A stretch of 64,000 nucleotides of DNA from Dehalococcoidia bacterium. Lineage in GTDB: Bacteria > Chloroflexota > Dehalococcoidia > Lucifugimonadales > UBA3495. Shown piece after piece: positions 58,110 through 64,000 of this stretch. A model generated the notes under the pieces. It made no database searches. It worked only from the letters and a program-made list of their open reading frames with translations, and was not told the origin of the DNA. Position 1 is the stretch's first letter; every line of letters starts with the position of its first letter. The stretch lies in assembly GCA_965199995.1 (NCBI GenBank), contig OZ241328.1:1143724-1207723 (forward strand). Direction: 5' to 3'. The translations under genes and the position numbers were made by a program.

Positions 58110-59528
58110 ATGTATGCGACGGGGGGAGAGCGGCAACGGTTTCCGCGCCGGGTTTATCCCCTGGACGCTCGCCTGCTGTCGGAAGAGCAGATTGCCGTCG
58201 CCTTTGCCATGACTTCGCGCCGGCCCGAACCCTTCGACGAGATTGCGCGCCAAGTCAGCGAGGAGAAGGCTGCCGGTTTCCACGAGCGTTGGGTGTTAGG
58301 CTATGGTCACAATTCCGTGGCGGAGCATGCCGTTGTCCACCTAGCTGTCGAAAACATCTCCCGCATCGCCTGCGACGGGCTGGAAGACAACCGCTTGGCT
58401 TCCTACACCGAAAAGTCCTCGCGCTACCAAGTTATAGACGCCGACTGCTTTCATACCCCGGCCGAACTGGAACCCCATCCGGCCCTTCGCCAAGAATACG
58501 AGGCAGCCTGCCGTCGCCTTTTTACCGCCTATCAAGAGTTGATAGCAAACTCGATGGATTTTCTGCGGGGCACGCAGTCTCAGCGACGCGGCGAAGGCGA
58601 TGCGGCTTACCGCTTGCGGCTGCGACGGTTAGCCACCGACGCCTGCCGCTCCGTTCTTCCGGCCTCGACTCTAACCAACGCGGGGGTTACCGTCAACGCC
58701 CGCACCCTGGAGCACGCTATATCCAAGTTGATGTCATCTCCCTTGGAAGAGGAACGCCAACTTGGGGTAGCTATACGCAAGCATGGTCGCGCTGTCACGC
58801 CTACGCTTATCAAGTACGCCGACCAGGTTCCGTATCTGGAGCGGCGCCCGCGAGTCAGGAAAAACTTGGCCGCAGATCTGCGTGCCGACGACGGGGAACC
58901 GAAGGGCATAAGCGCCGAGGTAAGGCTGGTACATTGGGAGGAGCAGGCCGAGGAAAAGGTAACGGCTTCGTTTTTGTATGGCTCCGGCGAAGGGGACTAT
59001 GCCGAGGCTTGGCGACGGGCGCAAGAAATGTCGGCGGAAGACAGACAGAAAGTATTCGACATGTTTTTGGTGAATATCGGCCCGCACGATGCTCCGCCAA
59101 GGGAACTGGAGGTAGTGGACTACACCTTCGAGTTTCTGCTGGACTACGGAGCCTTCCGGGAGTTCCGGCGCCACCGGATGCAGACCTATCTGCCGCAACC
59201 ATTGACTGTGGCTCACGGCATTCGCATTCCTTCGCTGATAGCAGACGCCGGGCTGGAGGCGCCGTTCGCCGAAGCAGTGAGCGATGCGGAAGGCGTTTAC
59301 GATGTTCTCCGCGAGAACGTGTCTCAAGAAGTGGCCCAATATGCGGTCACCCACGCCCACAAGCGAAGGCTAATCTCGAAAATGAACCTTCGAGAATGCT
59401 ACCACCTGTTCAAGCTGCGCACTTCGCCGATGGCCCACGAGTCCCTCCGGCAACCGATGCTGGAGGCGCTGCGAATAGCCAGAGAAGCGCATCCCCGGCT
59501 TTTCCGGCATCTGCGGTTGAGGGATTAA
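58110..59528 (+). CDS. thyX: FAD-dependent thymidylate synthase, tandem-domain form
   Basis: YGHNSVAEH, SYTEKSSRY, RSVLP; second domain REFRRHR, MNLRE...LR. Confidence 0.88.
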   Translation: MYATGGERQRFPRRVYPLDARLLSEEQIAVAFAMTSRRPEPFDEIARQVSEEKAAGFHERWVLGYGHNSVAEHAVVHLAVENISRIACDGLEDNRLASYTEKSSRYQVIDADCFHTPAELEPHPALRQEYEAACRRLFTAYQELIANSMDFLRGTQSQRRGEGDAAYRLRLRRLATDACRSVLPASTLTNAGVTVNARTLEHAISKLMSSPLEEERQLGVAIRKHGRAVTPTLIKYADQVPYLERRPRVRKNLAADLRADDGEPKGISAEVRLVHWEEQAEEKVTASFLYGSGEGDYAEAWRRAQEMSAEDRQKVFDMFLVNIGPHDAPPRELEVVDYTFEFLLDYGAFREFRRHRMQTYLPQPLTVAHGIRIPSLIADAGLEAPFAEAVSDAEGVYDVLRENVSQEVAQYAVTHAHKRRLISKMNLRECYHLFKLRTSPMAHESLRQPMLEALRIAREAHPRLFRHLRLRD

Positions 59529-60040
59529 GACGGCTTCAGGCGGGCGGCGAAATCGGCCATCCTCGCGCCCAACTCCCGCGCCTGAGCCAAGTCGTCTGGA
59601 GTTACAGCACCGGCGGCGGTTGCGCCGTAGTAGGAGCCGGAAACCCGCATCCGATCGGACCAGGGTAAGCCAACAATCAGCATACCGCAGGCCAGCATCC
59701 AGTGGATCAACTGCTTTAGCGTGGTTTCCAGGCCGGAGTGTCTGCCAGTTCCTGCGGTGAAGGCCGCTCCCGGCCGCCCGGCGAGCGTGCGCTCTTCCCA
59801 CAAATCGCCTTGATTGTCCAGCCACTGCTTGAAGGATCCAGTGATGCCGCTCCAGTTGGGGGAGCCAAGGATTAGCCCGTCGGCGGACAGCAGAGCTTCT
59901 CGCGGCGCAACTTCGATTGTCATTAGGGACGGTTGCGCTTTGCCGGACAGGCTTACGCCGTCAGCAACGGCTCGCGCCATGCTTTCGATGCTACGGCCCT
60001 TGGCATCATAAAGCACTAGGACTGTGGGTTGTAAGGTCAT
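59525..60040 (-). CDS. Flavodoxin/WrbA-like protein
   Basis: MARAVADG, DGLILGSP, GAAFTAG...GLETTL. Confidence 0.88.
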   Translation of the reverse strand: MTLQPTVLVLYDAKGRSIESMARAVADGVSLSGKAQPSLMTIEVAPREALLSADGLILGSPNWSGITGSFKQWLDNQGDLWEERTLAGRPGAAFTAGTGRHSGLETTLKQLIHWMLACGMLIVGLPWSDRMRVSGSYYGATAAGAVTPDDLAQARELGARMADFAARLKPS

Positions 60041-60134
60041 GCGGTCGTTTCGGAACAGAGCCGGATGTCTCAGAAGAAGTGTTATGCGCTGTGGCAGTTT
60101 TCAGCGATAGAAATTCCCTTCGCCGGGAAGGGAG

Positions 60135-61028
60135 TTATTGCAACGGAAGCGAGGCTTCCAAGACGACGTCGCCCATTACGCCGGCGGACGCTAACGTCAG
60201 CGGGACTCGGCACAGTTGAACGGCATCGAAATTAGACATGGATTCGCTGGTATCCAGAGCGACGGCTCCCCATCCATTTTCGTCTACTTGCATGTCACCG
60301 GCCCACGTTCCCTGGTCTTGCTTCATCAGCCACACCTGGTAGGCGTAACCTTCCTCCAGGGGTTCCAGGGCAGAAGCCATGACCACGGCCATAGTGCCAT
60401 CGCCGGAGAATACTAGTACGCCCGAGGCATTGCTGTCGGACTCTATGGGGTTCATTACTAGGGACTGGTCATCGGGCTGGGCCAGCGCGTGCTGTAAGAG
60501 TTGCAGGTTGCCTTGCATTTGGGCCACTGTGTCGGATGCCAGCGCCAGTTGAGCGTCTACCGTGGCTTTCTTCTGTCCCATTTCCTGGCGCAGTAGCTGA
60601 TTTTCCGTCTTCATTTCGTCCATCTGTCCTGAAATCTGGATGTTGAGGGCGATTACGATGGCTATGATAGCTACTGCGGCGACAGCGGTGCCGGACATTA
60701 GCAGCCGAGACCAGCGGCTGCCAAAGGCGGAATAAACGCCGCTCCAGCCTGGGGAGGGACGACGGTAGGATACCGATACCCTTTGCGGTTCCGGTTGGGA
60801 TAACGCAACAGAGGCCATCAGGCTCGCTCTCACCCGTTCCGGCGGCGCTTGGGCCGGGACCGTGAAAGCCAGAGTTGCGGCAGTTCGCCAGTGTCCCGCA
60901 ACAATCGAAGCGCACTCAAGACAATCCTCAATGTGGTCGAGGACGGTCTGCTCCTCGTCCACTTCCAGAGCATCTAGCGCGAACGCTTCCAGCAGCTCGT
61001 AGGGATGTATCGCCTTATTCGTAGTCAT
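60135..61028 (-). CDS. Anti-sigma factor (RskA-like) with a zinc-finger HxxxCxxC
   Basis: AFALDAL...HIEDCLEC, TM helix, YQVWL. Confidence 0.88.
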   Translation of the reverse strand: MTTNKAIHPYELLEAFALDALEVDEEQTVLDHIEDCLECASIVAGHWRTAATLAFTVPAQAPPERVRASLMASVALSQPEPQRVSVSYRRPSPGWSGVYSAFGSRWSRLLMSGTAVAAVAIIAIVIALNIQISGQMDEMKTENQLLRQEMGQKKATVDAQLALASDTVAQMQGNLQLLQHALAQPDDQSLVMNPIESDSNASGVLVFSGDGTMAVVMASALEPLEEGYAYQVWLMKQDQGTWAGDMQVDENGWGAVALDTSESMSNFDAVQLCRVPLTLASAGVMGDVVLEASLPLQ

Positions 61029-61626
61029 TTTCCTGTAAGGATATCCTCAGCTTTTGCATCGCCAGTCGAACTCTAGTCTTAATAGTACCAAGGGGCTGGG
61101 AGAGCTTTTCGGCCATTTCCGACTGGGAGTATCCATTGAAGTAGGCCAGTTCTATAACCTCGCGCTGACTGTCGGGCAACGTAGTCAGAGCCCGCCTGAT
61201 GCGCTCCGAGTCCAGACTCTGAACTACCTGGGTCTCCACCGAAGGCTCTGCGGAGGGAAGCTGTTCTAATGTTTCATAGCCGTCGGGGTCGGATATAGCG
61301 TAGGTGCGGCGGCGAGAGCGGATGATGTCCACCACCCGGTGGTGAGTGACGCTCATTATCCAAGAGCGCGGGTTACCCCGCTCGGCGTTAAAGCTGTCGG
61401 CCTTCAGCCAGATGTTCAGGAAAACGTCTTGCGTCACTTCTTCCGCTAATGGCGGCTGTTTCAGCATATGGAGGGATAGAGAATACACCGGAGTCATGTA
61501 ACGATCGTACAGCGCACTGAGCGCATCCTTGTCCTTATCGGCGATACGCTTGAGCAGCTCCGCATCGTCCGGCTCTCCAGCAGTCTGGTCCGGCTGCGAG
61601 CCTTGCGCATCCAATTCTTCTTCCAT
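61015..61626 (-). CDS. ECF sigma factor (SigK-like)
   Basis: LYDRY, AEEVTQDVF, LAYFNGYSQSEMA...PLGTIKTRVR. Confidence 0.93.
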   Translation of the reverse strand: MEEELDAQGSQPDQTAGEPDDAELLKRIADKDKDALSALYDRYMTPVYSLSLHMLKQPPLAEEVTQDVFLNIWLKADSFNAERGNPRSWIMSVTHHRVVDIIRSRRRTYAISDPDGYETLEQLPSAEPSVETQVVQSLDSERIRRALTTLPDSQREVIELAYFNGYSQSEMAEKLSQPLGTIKTRVRLAMQKLRISLQENDYE

Positions 61627-61670
61627 CGCGGTATACGTCTGACGTGTTCCGGCGGATTTGCGGGGCGGCG

Positions 61671-62525
61671 TCAGTTAAGCCTATTGAGAGTAGCCCGGAT
61701 GGATTCAATCCAAGACTCGACCTGGGCAGCGTCCGGGGCGTTGGGGGTTTTCTGCCGATAGGACTCCAAGCTGCGGAGGGCGGCCCGGTATTGTTGCTGC
61801 TGGTATTGCACCTCCGCCAGGTCCTTATACAGCGCCGTTGCTTCCGAATTCACCATTATCATACGTTGGATTACGCCGGTAGCCCGGTCAAATTCGCCGG
61901 TGCGCTCATATACCACCTTGAGGTTGTTCAGCAAACGGAAGAGAAACTCATACTTGGTGCAAGGAGTGAGGTAGTTATCGCGCCAAGCCATGCGCGGCCC
62001 GAACAGGCTTTCGGCCAGCCGCCGACAGTCTCCAGCGGTCAGGGCAGCACCGCCATTGAAGGGGTCGAAATAGAACTCCGAATCCTCCAATCCCACCAGA
62101 AAGTGTCCCGGCATACCAACCCCGCGACAACGCAGCCCAACCCGGCGCGCTACTTCAATGAAGAGCAACGACAATGTTATGGGTATCCCAGTATGGGTAT
62201 CCAAAACCCGGTTGAAATAGCTGTTGTCTGGGTTGTAATAGTCGGCAGTGTTGCCTTGAAAGCCTTGTTCTTGGAAAAGATACTGGCCTAGCAGCTTGGC
62301 AAGCTCCTCCGGTTGCAGTCTGTCCGGGGCGCGCTGTCGAACAACTTCGGCGAATCCGTCCAGGCGGCCCAGATGCTCGGGGATATTCAGCCCCGGGTAT
62401 TCCTCGCCCGCTACCAGCAACGCCGCCCGGGCGAGGTCTAGGTCTTCTTCCGGACGGGAAATCAAGCGGGCGAATTCCTCTCGGAAATCGCCGGCCCCGG
62501 GGGAGCTGCTTTCAGACTGGTTCAT
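61671..62525 (-). CDS. SirB1/transglutaminase-like protein with a TPR
   Basis: FQGNTADYYNPDNS, TGIPITLS, GMPGHFLV, DPFNGG, RLLNNLK. Confidence 0.9.
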   Translation of the reverse strand: MNQSESSSPGAGDFREEFARLISRPEEDLDLARAALLVAGEEYPGLNIPEHLGRLDGFAEVVRQRAPDRLQPEELAKLLGQYLFQEQGFQGNTADYYNPDNSYFNRVLDTHTGIPITLSLLFIEVARRVGLRCRGVGMPGHFLVGLEDSEFYFDPFNGGAALTAGDCRRLAESLFGPRMAWRDNYLTPCTKYEFLFRLLNNLKVVYERTGEFDRATGVIQRMIMVNSEATALYKDLAEVQYQQQQYRAALRSLESYRQKTPNAPDAAQVESWIESIRATLNRLN

Positions 62526-62583
62526 TTACCTGCTTGCCGATGCGTGGATAGAGGCGAGTTCAATGCGCCGAACCGATGAGAAA

Positions 62584-63948
62584 TCATGACTGGATGTTCA
62601 GGCTGTCGAACACTGGCTCCAGGTTGGACAATCCGTCCAGCGTCCATATAGCTTCAAGGGCCCGGTCGCACTGAGCGGAGCTCAGCGCGGCTCCGGCGAA
62701 GTTACGGAACTTGGTCTCCACCTCGGTATCGCTCATTGGATTGCTGCGATGACCTTTGGGCCAAGCAGTATGGGCAGTGTGGATACTGCCGCCGGAGCAA
62801 GTCAAGGTTATGCGGCAGTTGTACTCTCTGGGATAACGGGTGGTGAAGTCCGGCTCTTCCGCCAGCGTTATACGAGACATAACATCCCGAATGGCCGAGC
62901 TTGCAATCCTCTCATCAGTGAAGCTGAAGGGCGTTACCGGGCCCTCCAGCAGCGCGGAGGCCACCAGCCAGGGAATGCTGTGGTCGGCGGTTTCCCGAGT
63001 CTTGGGGTCCCATTTCTCCGGTTCGCTGGAAGCAGTGCTGGCCGCCACCTTATATGTGTCTATGTGAATGGAGTGGATACTGTCTGCGGAAACTTTCTCC
63101 CGGAGTTGCAGAGCGAGGCCGATGGGGGACTGGGTGTGAATCTGTGACGGATAGGACTTGAAGATAGTTTGGGTGATGCGGAACGGGTCGTCGCCGCGGG
63201 CGCCTCCCAGCGGGAAGTCAGGAACGGTGACCTCGCGGCCTACCGCCTGCTCCCACAGTCCGCGCCGGCCCTCGAAAGGCTCGTCGGGGCCGCTCATGCC
63301 CTTCTCCGCTAGTTGAGCGGCGAAAATCGCTGACCTGGATGCGCTGGCGGCCGCGCATCCTTTCCACATCGAAAGCTCCCCGGTACGGGTGACTCCGAGG
63401 GGCAGATGAGGCGTGATAGCCAGAGATATCGCGTTCCCGGTCTGTTCCCGATTCAGTCCCATCACCCGGGCCGCGCCGCAAACCGCGCCGATGACGCTAA
63501 ATATCCCCTGATCCCAACCCAGGTCACCGGCCACAACCTCGTCAGACAGGCGGCAGAAGACTTCATAGGCCAGGGCTATGGCCGTGATTACGTCCGGCCC
63601 GTTGCTCTTCAGTGGGCCGGCCATAGCCAACACTGCCGGAATCATATCGCTAGGATGCCCGCCCCCCGGCGAGAAATAGGAATCGTTACAGTCGAGATAA
63701 CGCACTGCAACACCGTTGGCAAAAGCGGCCAGATCTGGCGTTGTGCCCGTCGGCGATCCCAGCAGCCGGGATGAGATTCCCCCTTGCGCCCCTTCGGCCA
63801 GGGCGCGGGCAATAACTGCCGGTTCCGAATCGTATCCGCCGATGGTATCAACAAGGGTGCGCTTTACCTGTTGCACCACCACAGGCCCCAGCTCTTCATA
63901 GGTCAGGCCGCAGACATAGGCGCTTAGCATCTCGGTTGTGCGGTCCAT
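62584..63948 (-). CDS. MmgE/PrpD family protein
   Basis: RYLDCND, HPSD, LSMWKG, TRETADHSIP, PKGH..NPM. Confidence 0.92.
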   Translation of the reverse strand: MDRTTEMLSAYVCGLTYEELGPVVVQQVKRTLVDTIGGYDSEPAVIARALAEGAQGGISSRLLGSPTGTTPDLAAFANGVAVRYLDCNDSYFSPGGGHPSDMIPAVLAMAGPLKSNGPDVITAIALAYEVFCRLSDEVVAGDLGWDQGIFSVIGAVCGAARVMGLNREQTGNAISLAITPHLPLGVTRTGELSMWKGCAAASASRSAIFAAQLAEKGMSGPDEPFEGRRGLWEQAVGREVTVPDFPLGGARGDDPFRITQTIFKSYPSQIHTQSPIGLALQLREKVSADSIHSIHIDTYKVAASTASSEPEKWDPKTRETADHSIPWLVASALLEGPVTPFSFTDERIASSAIRDVMSRITLAEEPDFTTRYPREYNCRITLTCSGGSIHTAHTAWPKGHRSNPMSDTEVETKFRNFAGAALSSAQCDRALEAIWTLDGLSNLEPVFDSLNIQS

Positions 63949-64000
63949 ACTTTCCCCTCTTAATCCGCCATTCCTGAACCTTCTGCCCCTTTACCTACCC

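Noticed and set aside
58289-59668. 459-aa alternative-frame ORF
   Set aside because: Overlaps thyX in another frame; Arg/Gly-rich with no motifs.

Overview
GC-rich bacterial chromosomal segment. The gene content (paralogous Rieske dioxygenases, LLM, SDRs, TPP enzymes, lipoprotein-type DctP) resembles SAR202/Dehalococcoidia Chloroflexota; this assignment is an inference. The window holds housekeeping and metabolic genes (iscS, lutABC, thiO, trxA, rlmD-maf fusion, tatABC, lpdA-korAB-E2, thyX, ECF sigma/anti-sigma) and an aromatic-degradation cluster at about 15.8-28 kb. It also carries four solitary defence-type genes: two disrupted nuclease-methyltransferases, a PaREP1-like gene and a DGQHR gene. 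Highlights: (1) an AhpD/CMD selenoprotein split into two ORFs in the track, with CxxU, a SECIS-like hairpin and tRNA-Sec in the same window; (2) a promoterless R-M gene bounded by a 16-bp duplication of the neighbouring gene's 3' end, with no integrase nearby; (3) a GTCATTCCCGC-N4-GCGGGAATCC palindrome family amplified into tandem arrays, one of them inside that R-M gene; (4) an E3-OFOR-E2-TPP cluster with no E1; (5) an MNT-HEPN pair whose MNT catalytic motif is degenerate. No CRISPR array, integrase or transposase was seen. All family calls come from motif recognition, not database searches.
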